Positions 10,670 through 19,687 of a stretch of 64,000 nucleotides of DNA are shown here, in pieces. The notes under the pieces are model-generated. The model was not told where the DNA came from, did no database searches, and saw only the letters and a program-made list of their open reading frames with translations. Origin of the DNA: an uncultured Alphaproteobacteria bacterium (GTDB lineage Bacteria > Pseudomonadota > Alphaproteobacteria > HIMB59 > GCA-002718135); the NCBI GenBank assembly GCA_902623545.1, contig CACNUI010000005.1:12622-76621 (forward strand), in the 5' to 3' direction. A program made the translations under genes and the position numbers. Every line of letters begins with the position of its first letter. Position 1 is the first letter of the stretch.

Positions 10670-11592
10670 TTATTTCTATAACTGGTTCATCTGGCTTTAT
10701 TGGAAAAGAGTTATCATCATATCTTGCCAAAAAAAAATATAAAATTAATAAAATAATAAGCAAAAAGAATAACAATTATACTGAAAATTTTAAATTAAGT
10801 AATTATTTTGAAGAAAAAAGTTTAGATAAAATACTTGATGTTACAGATGTATTGATACATTGTATGGGTGCTTCAGCAGATAATAAAAAAAATAAAAATC
10901 ACTTTAACAATATTAATTATATGGTAACAAAAAAATTAGCAGAAAAATGTGCAAATAATAATGTTAAAAGATTTATATTTTTAAGTTCAATTAAAGTATT
11001 TGGTGAAACATGTTTAATTAACAAGCCTTATACAACATATTCTGCGCCAAATCCTTATTCTAAATATGGAATATCAAAATTTAATGCAGAAAAAGCATTA
11101 GTAGAAATTTCAAAAACATCAAATTTAGAAGTTATTATTATTAGATGTCCTTTAGTTTACAGTGATAAATTAAGTGGAAACTTACTAGCATTGAGTAAAA
11201 TAATTAAGTTGAGCATACCACTACCACTTGGTGGTATAAAAAATAAAAGATCTTTTTTAGGTATTGATAATTTAACAAATTTTATAGAATTATGTGTAGA
11301 TTACAAAAAAACTTTAATAAAACAAAATGAAACATTATCACTTTCTGATAATGAAATAATTTCTACAACTGAATTAATCCAAAAACTGTCATATTCATTA
11401 AACAAGAAAATAAAAATGTTCTCATTGCCTATAATTATTTTTAAAATATTATTTTATTTATTTAATAAAAATGATTCATATAATAGTTTATTTAAAAATT
11501 TATATGTTAATTGCTCAAAAGCTCAAAGTTTATTTGGGTGGAGTCCTAAAATAACAATGGAACAACAGTTAGCTAAAAATAAGTTAGATTAA
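10666..11592 (+). CDS. NAD-dependent epimerase/dehydratase-family protein (candidate 4-keto-6-deoxy-HexNAc reductase, WbpV-like)
   Basis: 308 aa. ITGSSGFIGKEL and the YSKYGISKFNAE YxxxK motif. It lies immediately upstream of the PGT and CapD-like genes. Confidence 0.55.
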   Translation: MIISITGSSGFIGKELSSYLAKKKYKINKIISKKNNNYTENFKLSNYFEEKSLDKILDVTDVLIHCMGASADNKKNKNHFNNINYMVTKKLAEKCANNNVKRFIFLSSIKVFGETCLINKPYTTYSAPNPYSKYGISKFNAEKALVEISKTSNLEVIIIRCPLVYSDKLSGNLLALSKIIKLSIPLPLGGIKNKRSFLGIDNLTNFIELCVDYKKTLIKQNETLSLSDNEIISTTELIQKLSYSLNKKIKMFSLPIIIFKILFYLFNKNDSYNSLFKNLYVNCSKAQSLFGWSPKITMEQQLAKNKLD

Positions 11593-12158
11593 TGCTTAGA
11601 ATATACGATGTAATATTTTCTCTTTTAGGTTTAATTATTACTTTACCTATTTTTTTATTATTTTTTTTATTTTCTTTTTATCAAGAAGGCTCTTTTATTT
11701 TTAAGCAGAAAAGAGTTGGTTACAAAAATAAAACTTTCTATTTATTAAAAATTAGAACTATGAAAACGACAACTAAAAATATTCCAACTCATGAACTAAA
11801 TAAAAAAACATTTTATTTTCATGGTTCTTTTCTTAGAAAGACAAAGTTAGATGAATTACCACAGCTAATTAATGTACTTAAGGGTGAGATGAGTTTAGTT
11901 GGACCAAGACCATGTTTATTAACTCAAACTGAGTTAATAAATGAAAGAAATAAATTTAAGATTTACTTATACAAACCTGGTATAACAGGATTATCTCAAT
12001 TAAGAAAAATTGATATGTCTAATCCGAAAATACTGGCTAAAAGTGATTTTGAGATGATTAATAATTACAATTTTTCTAGTTATTTTAAATATATAATTTT
12101 GACTGTATTTGGATCTGGTTATGGTGATAGAATTAATAAACAAATGAAAAAAAAATGA
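11592..12158 (+). CDS. Small monotopic phosphoglycosyl transferase (bacterial sugar transferase, PglC/WbaP C-terminal type)
   Basis: 188 aa. One N-terminal hydrophobic segment, then KQKRVG...LDELPQLINVLKGEMSLVGPRP. Confidence 0.85.
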   Translation: MLRIYDVIFSLLGLIITLPIFLLFFLFSFYQEGSFIFKQKRVGYKNKTFYLLKIRTMKTTTKNIPTHELNKKTFYFHGSFLRKTKLDELPQLINVLKGEMSLVGPRPCLLTQTELINERNKFKIYLYKPGITGLSQLRKIDMSNPKILAKSDFEMINNYNFSSYFKYIILTVFGSGYGDRINKQMKKK

Positions 12159-14185
12159 ACACTATTATCAGAAAATTAATTAAGCTGCCTATTTCAGTTA
12201 AGTATTTAATAATATTTACTAATGATATCTTTATTATATTATTTTCATTTTGGGCCTCATTTTCATTGAGATTAAGTTATTTTTATAATCCGTTTAATGG
12301 CTCAGCTATTTATAGAGAGTATCTACCATACTTTTTTTCTGATTTTTTTATTTATCAAAAGTTATTTGATATTGTATTGATCTATTTACTAGCTCCATTA
12401 ATATTTATACCAATATCTATTTATTTTGGATTAGGATCAGTAGTTATAAGGTTCATTAGTTACAAAGGTGTATCATCTATTGTAAAAACAGTATTTTTAT
12501 ATTCATTAATACTGGGTTTTATAGTTCATACTTTAAATATTGATGGAATACCAAGATCAATTGTCATTATAAATTTTTTTATTTCCTGTTTGGTAATAAT
12601 TTTTTCAAGATATGCCATGAGGTTTATCTTAAGAAAATCAGATTTTAATCTTATTTTTTTTAACAGATCAAATACAAATAGGAAAGCTGCAATAGTAGGG
12701 GCAAATCAAAATGGAAAAAATCTAGTTGAAAGTATATCATATTTAGAAAATTATAATATTTATTGTTTTTTTGATAATGACAAAAAAATTATTGGAAGAA
12801 AAATATTTGATCTTCCTGTTCTAGATTTGGCTAATTTGGAATATTTAATTCAAAAAGAAAAGATTACAGATATATTTTTATCAATATCAAGAAGCGATCA
12901 AAAATTTAGAAAAAAAGTTATTAGCTCCTTAAGCAATGTAAGTGTTAGAGTTAGGTCAATTCCAGATTTCTTTGATTTATCTGATAATAAAATTCGATTT
13001 GAGGATCTTCAAGAACTTGATATCAATGATTTGCTAGCAAGAGAAACAGTGCAATTAAATTTTGAACAAATAAATAAAAAATTATTAAATAAAGTAATCT
13101 TAATAACAGGAGCAGGTGGTAGCATAGGAAGCGAACTTTGTAGACAGATAGTTTTATATCAGCCAAAAAAAATAATTTTATTCGAGCAATCTGAATATTA
13201 TTTGTATGAAATACAAAATAACCTTCAAAAATTAATTAATAAATTGCAATCAAATGAAGATATAATTAAAAAAAATTTAATCGAAATAGTTCCAGTTTTA
13301 GGCTCTATACAAGATTATAAGTTGTTAGAAACAATATTTAATTTGTATAATCCAGAAATTGTTTATCATGCTGCTGCATACAAACATGTCCCAATAGTTG
13401 AAAAAAATGTATCTGAAGGATTAAAAAATAATATATTTGGTAGTTTGAATGTTGCTTTAGCTGCTATTAAATTCAATGTTCAAGATTTTGTATTGATTAG
13501 TACAGACAAAGCCGTGAGACCTACAAATATGATGGGGGCATCAAAGAGATTCGCAGAATTAATTCTTCAGTCATTATCTTATGAAAAAAAAATAACATTT
13601 AGTAATAATTTAATAAGTTTAAATAATATAAATAATACAAACTTTTGTATTGTTAGATTTGGAAATGTTTTGGGCTCCTCTGGATCTGTTGTTCCATTAT
13701 TTAAAAATCAAATTAAAAATGGAGGTCCTTTAACTGTAACCCATCCTGAAGTAACTAGGTATTTTATGTCTATTGATGAAGCAGCGAAATTAGTTATTCA
13801 ATCTACATGTATAAATAAAAATAAAGAAATTGCAGAAATTTTTGTATTAGACATGGGTGAGCCAGTAAAAATATATGATTTAGCAATAAAAATGATTAAA
13901 TACTCAGGCTTAACTATAAAAGATCAAAATAATCCCGATGGAGATATTGAAATAAAAATTATTGGCTTGAGAAGCGCAGAAAAACTTTATGAAGAACTGT
14001 TAATAGGAAATAGCCCTATAAATACTAGTCATAATAAAATCTTTAAAGCAAGAGAAAATTTTATAGAATGGAATATATTAAAGGTTAAATTATCTGAACT
14101 TGCAAATAATATTAATTTAAACAATACTAATGAAATTTATAAGATTTTAAAAAACCTTGTAAATGGTTATAATCCAAAGGTTTGA
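12155..14185 (+). CDS. Membrane-anchored polysaccharide biosynthesis protein CapD/PglF/WbpM type (UDP-HexNAc 4,6-dehydratase)
   Basis: 676 aa. About four N-terminal TM segments, then ITGAGGSIGSEL, HAAAYKHVP, STDKAVRPTNMMGASKR and VRFGNVLGSSGSV. Confidence 0.85.
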   Translation: MNTIIRKLIKLPISVKYLIIFTNDIFIILFSFWASFSLRLSYFYNPFNGSAIYREYLPYFFSDFFIYQKLFDIVLIYLLAPLIFIPISIYFGLGSVVIRFISYKGVSSIVKTVFLYSLILGFIVHTLNIDGIPRSIVIINFFISCLVIIFSRYAMRFILRKSDFNLIFFNRSNTNRKAAIVGANQNGKNLVESISYLENYNIYCFFDNDKKIIGRKIFDLPVLDLANLEYLIQKEKITDIFLSISRSDQKFRKKVISSLSNVSVRVRSIPDFFDLSDNKIRFEDLQELDINDLLARETVQLNFEQINKKLLNKVILITGAGGSIGSELCRQIVLYQPKKIILFEQSEYYLYEIQNNLQKLINKLQSNEDIIKKNLIEIVPVLGSIQDYKLLETIFNLYNPEIVYHAAAYKHVPIVEKNVSEGLKNNIFGSLNVALAAIKFNVQDFVLISTDKAVRPTNMMGASKRFAELILQSLSYEKKITFSNNLISLNNINNTNFCIVRFGNVLGSSGSVVPLFKNQIKNGGPLTVTHPEVTRYFMSIDEAAKLVIQSTCINKNKEIAEIFVLDMGEPVKIYDLAIKMIKYSGLTIKDQNNPDGDIEIKIIGLRSAEKLYEELLIGNSPINTSHNKIFKARENFIEWNILKVKLSELANNINLNNTNEIYKILKNLVNGYNPKV

Positions 14186-14264
14186 TATATATAAAATATA
14201 TTTATTTACTTAATTATATAATGAATTTACAAACCAATTTATAACCAATATATATTCAAATAAA

Positions 14265-15269
14265 ATGACCACACAAATTCAAAAACCTGAAACAAGTCAA
14301 TTTGATATATTAGACATAATACATATCGTATTCTTAAAAAAATGGATTATGATATCAATTGTAATTTTATCTACTTTGCTTGGAGCATTAATATATGCTA
14401 TTTATCCTCAAAGTTATAAAGGTGAATTGATTATTAAGCTTCTCAATGAGGAAGATAATCATAAATATATTGTAATAACATCATTATTTAAAATACTAAA
14501 ATCTACAAATGATGTGGAATTTCATGGTGAAGATCAAACAAATGAAAATACATTAAGTAATTCTTACTTAGCAAATTATTTTATAAATAAATTTAATGCA
14601 AAAATCGAGCTTAGAGAAAATATTTTAAAATATTCGAATGATATAATTAATAGAGGTGATTATTCTTCTATGGATGAAGAAGAATATACGTACTCAATAT
14701 CGCAAAATTATAATATTAGAAAATCTGATAATGATAACTATTTTGTACTTGATTTTGTTACTCAAGATATAGATGAGTCAGAATTAATAATAATTAATAC
14801 CTTTAAAAATATAGAAGAAAATATCAGATCAAATTATATTAAAGAAATCGAAGCTTATAAAGATATGCTATTGTTTAAATTTAAAGGTGAAAATACTTTA
14901 CAAAAATTACAAAATAGATCTTCAATTTTATATAAATTATTAGAGTTTAATCGAGACTTTGATATAAATAATGATGAGGATATTCAAAATAATATTGATA
15001 TTATTTTAAAAATTATTGGTGATTTTGATAAATTATCAATTCAATCAGTAGAAAAAGTATATAAAAAACTTTTACAAGATCCGATAATCAATACATCTGG
15101 TAATTTTAAAGCTGTTAATTATGATATAAACTTAACAACTTATACAACAACAAAAAAATATGACTTATTTTTAATTATTTCAATAGCTTTTGGATTGCTT
15201 GCTTCTATTTTATATATTTTTATCATTATAATTTCAAAATTTTATAAAACAAAAAAATTTACAGATTAA
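14265..15269 (+). CDS. Wzz-like polysaccharide chain-length determinant (PCP) candidate
   Basis: 334 aa. A short N-terminus with FDILDIIHIVFLKKW, TM1, a long charged (coiled-coil-like) middle and a C-terminal TM. This is the classic PCP-1 topology. Confidence 0.55.
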   Translation: MTTQIQKPETSQFDILDIIHIVFLKKWIMISIVILSTLLGALIYAIYPQSYKGELIIKLLNEEDNHKYIVITSLFKILKSTNDVEFHGEDQTNENTLSNSYLANYFINKFNAKIELRENILKYSNDIINRGDYSSMDEEEYTYSISQNYNIRKSDNDNYFVLDFVTQDIDESELIIINTFKNIEENIRSNYIKEIEAYKDMLLFKFKGENTLQKLQNRSSILYKLLEFNRDFDINNDEDIQNNIDIILKIIGDFDKLSIQSVEKVYKKLLQDPIINTSGNFKAVNYDINLTTYTTTKKYDLFLIISIAFGLLASILYIFIIIISKFYKTKKFTD

Positions 15270-15272
15270 TTA

Positions 15273-16508
15273 ATGCTTAATATTATATTAAGTTTTCTTT
15301 TTATTCTTTTCCCACTTTCACTTGTTGGAGGTGTATTTTTCTCTAATTCAATTATTTCAATCTTGGCGTTATATGGTTTATATCAATCTCTAAAAAAAAA
15401 AAATTGGTTCATCTATAAAGACCTAATAATTAAATTTTTTATTTTTTTCTATATTTATATTTTATTGAGATCTCTATATAGCATAGATCCATTTTTTTCC
15501 CTTGAATCTTCATTAACTTACATTCGCTATCTTTTTTTTGCGTTAGCAGTATTTTTTTTAATAAAAGAAAACAAAAAAATTTTAAAATATTTTACAATTT
15601 CTTTATCAATAGTTCTTTTGTTAGTATGTTTAGATTCTTTTTATCAATATTTTTTTGGAGTAAATATTCTTGGATTACCACAACAAGATCCTGTAAGGGT
15701 TAGTAGTTTTTTTGGTAAAGAATTAGTATTAGGAAGTTTTGTATCAAGATTAATGCCTTTATCTATTATATTTTTAGTAATATTTTTAGATACAAAAAAA
15801 ATTTTAAATAAGTTCTTAATAGTTTTATTTATAATTATACTTGCTACAACAGTATTTATTTCTGGTGAAAGGACTGCTCTATTTTACTTTATTTTATCAA
15901 CAGTTATAAGTATTATATTGGTCACAAAAGTTAGAATATTTTATTTATCCTCAATAATAATTCTTATATCTTTTGCAATAATTGCTTTTACTATTAATCC
16001 AAACTTTAAATCAAGAATGATTAATGAAACAATTAACCAAATGAACATAAGTTCAAATCTTCAAAATGTAAAAGTTTTTTCTGAGCATCATGAACGATTA
16101 TATTCGTCTGCTATAAAGATGTTTCAGCATAATCCATTTTTTGGACACGGACCTAAAACATTTAGAATTTTATGCAAAGAACCAGAGTTTAATCCAGGAG
16201 CTTGTTCTACACATCCACACAATACCTACCTTCAATCACTAGCTGAAATTGGAATTTTCGGAACTTTTTTTATTATTTTATTTTTATTATATATTTCAAT
16301 AAATTTAATAAAAAAATTAATAAATACTTATTTTTTCCGTAAAGTACAAATTGATGACTCACTAAAAATAACTTTACTAATATGTATGTTAATTTCAATA
16401 TGGCCTTTAAGTCCATCAGCCAATTTTTTTGCAAGTTGGATAAATGGTTTTTATTATTTACCTTTAGGTTTTTACTTTTATGAAAAATTTCAAAACGATA
16501 GCAAATAA
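15273..16508 (+). CDS. O-antigen ligase/polymerase family membrane protein (Wzy_C domain)
   Basis: 411 aa and polytopic. SGERTALFYF, a large loop with HPHNTYLQSLAEIGIFG, then more TM segments. Confidence 0.7.
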   Translation: MLNIILSFLFILFPLSLVGGVFFSNSIISILALYGLYQSLKKKNWFIYKDLIIKFFIFFYIYILLRSLYSIDPFFSLESSLTYIRYLFFALAVFFLIKENKKILKYFTISLSIVLLLVCLDSFYQYFFGVNILGLPQQDPVRVSSFFGKELVLGSFVSRLMPLSIIFLVIFLDTKKILNKFLIVLFIIILATTVFISGERTALFYFILSTVISIILVTKVRIFYLSSIIILISFAIIAFTINPNFKSRMINETINQMNISSNLQNVKVFSEHHERLYSSAIKMFQHNPFFGHGPKTFRILCKEPEFNPGACSTHPHNTYLQSLAEIGIFGTFFIILFLLYISINLIKKLINTYFFRKVQIDDSLKITLLICMLISIWPLSPSANFFASWINGFYYLPLGFYFYEKFQNDSK

Positions 16509-17216
16509 ATGAATCAACTGTCTATTGTGATACCAATCTATAATGAAAAAGAAAATATAAAATATTTATTTAATGAATTTAAACAATATAAAATTTATGA
16601 AATTGTAGACGAAGTTATTTATATTGATGATTGTAGTACAGACGGCAGTCTTGTTGAATTAAATTTGATTAAAAAAAAGTATTCAAAAGTAATTGTTTTG
16701 CGTCACTTAAGAAATTTTGGACAAAGTAAATGTCTTCATACTGGCATTAATCATACTAAATCCTCAACAATAATAACAATAGATGGTGATGGCCAAAATA
16801 ATCCTAGAGATATTTCTAAACTTATAAAATTATATTTCTCTAATAATGAAATTTCATTAGTTGGAGGTATACGACATAAAAGAAAAGATAATTTAGTAAA
16901 AATTTTTTCATCTAAAATAGCAAACAATTTTAGAAAACTCATTCTTGATGATGATTGTAATGATACAGGATGTTCTTTAAAAATTTTTGATAGAAAAGAA
17001 TTTTTAAAAATACCTTATTTTAATGGTATGCATAGATTTCTACCCGCTCTTTTTAAAGGATTAGGGAAAAAAACAAAATTTATAAATGTTGATCATAGGG
17101 CAAGGATTTATGGAACTTCAAAATATGGAACACTTAAAAGATTATTTTATGGTATTATAGATATTATAAGGGTACTAATCATAATTAAGAAATTCAATAA
17201 TATTCAAAATAAATGA
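16509..17216 (+). CDS. GT2 polyprenyl-phosphate glycosyltransferase (ArnC/GtrB/DPM1-like)
   Basis: 235 aa. LSIVIPIYNEKENI, IDDCSTDGS, TIDGDGQNNP and DTGCSLKIF. Confidence 0.75.
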   Translation: MNQLSIVIPIYNEKENIKYLFNEFKQYKIYEIVDEVIYIDDCSTDGSLVELNLIKKKYSKVIVLRHLRNFGQSKCLHTGINHTKSSTIITIDGDGQNNPRDISKLIKLYFSNNEISLVGGIRHKRKDNLVKIFSSKIANNFRKLILDDDCNDTGCSLKIFDRKEFLKIPYFNGMHRFLPALFKGLGKKTKFINVDHRARIYGTSKYGTLKRLFYGIIDIIRVLIIIKKFNNIQNK

Positions 17217-17388
17217 AACATAATTTAAAAATTGTAAAATTGAATACAAATTCATTCAACCGTTATTATATCCACTCAATACTTAAAAATTATTGCATAA
17301 AATCCATAAACTTAACTAAAATATCTATACGAATTGTATTAATATGTTTATGTATTTTTGAAATAAAATATATAGAACTCAATTTTAA

Positions 17389-18360
17389 ATGAACAAGGAT
17401 ATACTAATTACCGGTGGCGCCGGATTTATTGGAAGATATTTGTCAGATCTTTACCTTTCAAAAGGTTATAATGTTGTAATAATTGATAATTTATCTACTG
17501 GAAATATAAAAAATATTAATTTTCTAAAAAAAAAATATTTAAACACAAAAAATAAAATAAAATTTGTACGTTCAAGTGTAGAAAAATATAAATTATTAAA
17601 AAATGAAATCAAAAAAACTTCATTAGTAATTCATTTGGCCGCAGCAGTAGGTGTAAAGACAATTTTGGATAAACCAATACAAAGTATGAAATCTAATTTA
17701 AAAGCTACAGAAGCAGTTTTAGAAAGTTGTAAATTATTTAAAAAGCCTATCTTTTTTGCATCAACTTCAGAAGTATATGGAAAATCTAATAAAAAATCTT
17801 TTGTTGAAGATGGTGATGTCGTTTATGGTTCATCAAAAAAAATTAGATGGTCATACGCTACTACTAAATTACTAGATGAATTCATGGTATTAAGTTACTT
17901 TAATGAATACAAATTACCAGTTGTTGTAGGCAGATTATTTAATACAGTAGGTAAATTCCAAAGTAGTAGTTATGGTATGGTAATTCCTAGATTTGTAAAT
18001 CAAGCAATAAACAATCAAGACATTACAGTGCATGGTACAGGTAAACAGTCAAGAACATTTACAGATGTTGAAGAAGTTTGTGAGTGTATCTTTTTATTAA
18101 TGAGTAAAAAAAAATCTTATGGTCAAGTTATAAATATTGGTGGACAAAAAGCTATCTCAATAATTAACTTAGCAAAAAAAATAGTAAATTTGACTAAGTC
18201 AAAATCAAAAATTAAAAAAATACCATATAAAAAAGCTTATTCCTCTATATATGAAGACATGAATTTCAGGCATCCATCAACAACAAAACTTTTTAAATTA
18301 ATTAATAAAACTCCTAGATTAAATATTGACCAAATTTTAAAAAAAATAATTTTTAATTAA
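17389..18360 (+). CDS. NAD-dependent epimerase/dehydratase (UDP-glucuronate decarboxylase / ArnA-C-terminal-like candidate)
   Basis: 323 aa. ITGGAGFIGRYL, IIDNLSTG, ASTSEVYG and YATTKLLDE. It follows the only long (172 nt) spacer in the island. Confidence 0.55.
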   Translation: MNKDILITGGAGFIGRYLSDLYLSKGYNVVIIDNLSTGNIKNINFLKKKYLNTKNKIKFVRSSVEKYKLLKNEIKKTSLVIHLAAAVGVKTILDKPIQSMKSNLKATEAVLESCKLFKKPIFFASTSEVYGKSNKKSFVEDGDVVYGSSKKIRWSYATTKLLDEFMVLSYFNEYKLPVVVGRLFNTVGKFQSSSYGMVIPRFVNQAINNQDITVHGTGKQSRTFTDVEEVCECIFLLMSKKKSYGQVINIGGQKAISIINLAKKIVNLTKSKSKIKKIPYKKAYSSIYEDMNFRHPSTTKLFKLINKTPRLNIDQILKKIIFN

Positions 18361-18361
18361 A

Positions 18362-19351
18362 GTGTATTTTTTTAATAATATTACACTTTCATTATTCTTC
18401 ATTTTTATTATTCACATATTTATATTTAGTTTAAATCTTAAAAGATTTTTTATCAAATCTAATAATTTAGGAAGATGGTCAGATCATAAAGCATATTTAA
18501 TTGGAGGTATTATATTTTTATCTTTCTTAATTTATTTCACAACTCTTTCATATTTAAATTTTGCTGTTTTTTTTTTAGATTTTTATGAATTATTTATATT
18601 ATTTATTTTTTTTCTAATTGGGTTTTACGATGATAAATTTAATTTAGATGGTAAGTACAAGATTCTAATATATTTATTCATAATAATTTTTCTAAATTTC
18701 TATTACACAGATAATCGTTATTTATTTACTAATTTATTAACAATATTTATTTTATTAGTAATATTTATTTCAATAAATATTATTGATAATATGGATGGAA
18801 TTTTTTCATCCTTCTTTTTTATAGTAATATGCTCTTTTGTATCATTGGTTTATAACAACTCTAATTTAATTATAATCTCAGGGCTGCTTTCAATAATTTT
18901 AATTAATTTATATTTTATGTATATTAATATATTTAAAGATAAAAATTATCTAGGTGATTCAGGATCATATTTGTTATCAGGATTCATTATTATACTTTAT
19001 TTAAAATTTAAATATTTAATAGAATTAAATTCTTACAGTATTAACTATTTGATTTTGTTATTTGTTACTTTTGCTTATCCAATATATGACTTTGTATACG
19101 TATGTTTTTACAGAATCTTAAATAAAAAATCACCATTTTCTGGAGGAATTGATCATACTTCACATTTCTTTTCCAAATATTTTAATTCTGATTCTAAAAG
19201 TTTAATTTTTATTTGTGGTATAAATTTAATTTATATTGTTTCAAATTATTTTCTTATTTTAAATAAATATAACTATTATTATAATATTTGTTTACTTTTG
19301 ATATTTTATGCATTTTTATCTATTTTAATATTTAAATTTAAATCAAAATGA
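18362..19351 (+). CDS. Polyprenyl-phosphate HexNAc-1-phosphate transferase family (MraY/WecA, glycosyl transferase family 4)
   Basis: 329 aa, GTG start, polytopic. FYDDKFNL (DD motif), NIIDNMDGI (NxxNxxDGxD motif) and GDSGSY. Confidence 0.7.
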   Translation: MYFFNNITLSLFFIFIIHIFIFSLNLKRFFIKSNNLGRWSDHKAYLIGGIIFLSFLIYFTTLSYLNFAVFFLDFYELFILFIFFLIGFYDDKFNLDGKYKILIYLFIIIFLNFYYTDNRYLFTNLLTIFILLVIFISINIIDNMDGIFSSFFFIVICSFVSLVYNNSNLIIISGLLSIILINLYFMYINIFKDKNYLGDSGSYLLSGFIIILYLKFKYLIELNSYSINYLILLFVTFAYPIYDFVYVCFYRILNKKSPFSGGIDHTSHFFSKYFNSDSKSLIFICGINLIYIVSNYFLILNKYNYYYNICLLLIFYAFLSILIFKFKSK

Positions 19352-19390
19352 TTCCATTAGAAAAACTATATTTGTATAAAGGAAAAAAAC

Positions 19391-19687
19391 TTGTTTAATT
19401 TAATTTCAGATCTTTCTAATACTGAAATTTTTTTTCTTATAATAGGTTTTGTAGGGCAAGGTTTGTTTGCATCAAGGTTCATTATTCAGTGGATATATTC
19501 TGAAAGAGTTGGAAAAAGTTCTATCCCAGTTGTTTTTTGGTATTTAAGTATTTTTGGTGGCTTAGGTCTTTTAACATATGCAATTTTTCGCCAAGATCCT
19601 GTAATTATTGTTGGCCAAACATTTGGAATTTTTATATATGTTAGAAATCTTTATTTAATTTATAAAAAAAAAAATGAAAAAGATTAA
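19391..19687 (+). CDS. Small membrane protein with a lipid-A-biosynthesis N-terminal (LAB_N) domain
   Basis: 98 aa, TTG start. GQGLFASRFIIQWIYSERVGKSSIPVVFWYLSIFGG...YAIFRQDPVIIVGQ matches the LAB_N pattern. Confidence 0.7.
   Translation: MFNLISDLSNTEIFFLIIGFVGQGLFASRFIIQWIYSERVGKSSIPVVFWYLSIFGGLGLLTYAIFRQDPVIIVGQTFGIFIYVRNLYLIYKKKNEKD

Noticed and set aside
15392-15403. Long homopolymers in surface-glycan genes as phase-variation switches: A12 in the Wzy_C gene, A11 at 19664, A10 at 17526 and T10 at 18567.
   Set aside because: They are in-frame Lys (AAA) or Phe (TTT) runs, which are expected in a genome this AT-rich. Similar tracts occur in housekeeping or catabolic genes (T10 at 51251 in lcdH, T9 at 62569 in tsaC, T9 at 25662). 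There is no enrichment in the island that I can defend without counting genome-wide.
17217-17388. The 172-nt spacer inside the glycan island as a possible ncRNA or remnant gene.
   Set aside because: It is uniformly AT-rich, with only a 5-bp inverted repeat (TGAAT...ATTCA) and no ORF or conserved-looking structure. It is most simply a promoter region for the 17389 unit.
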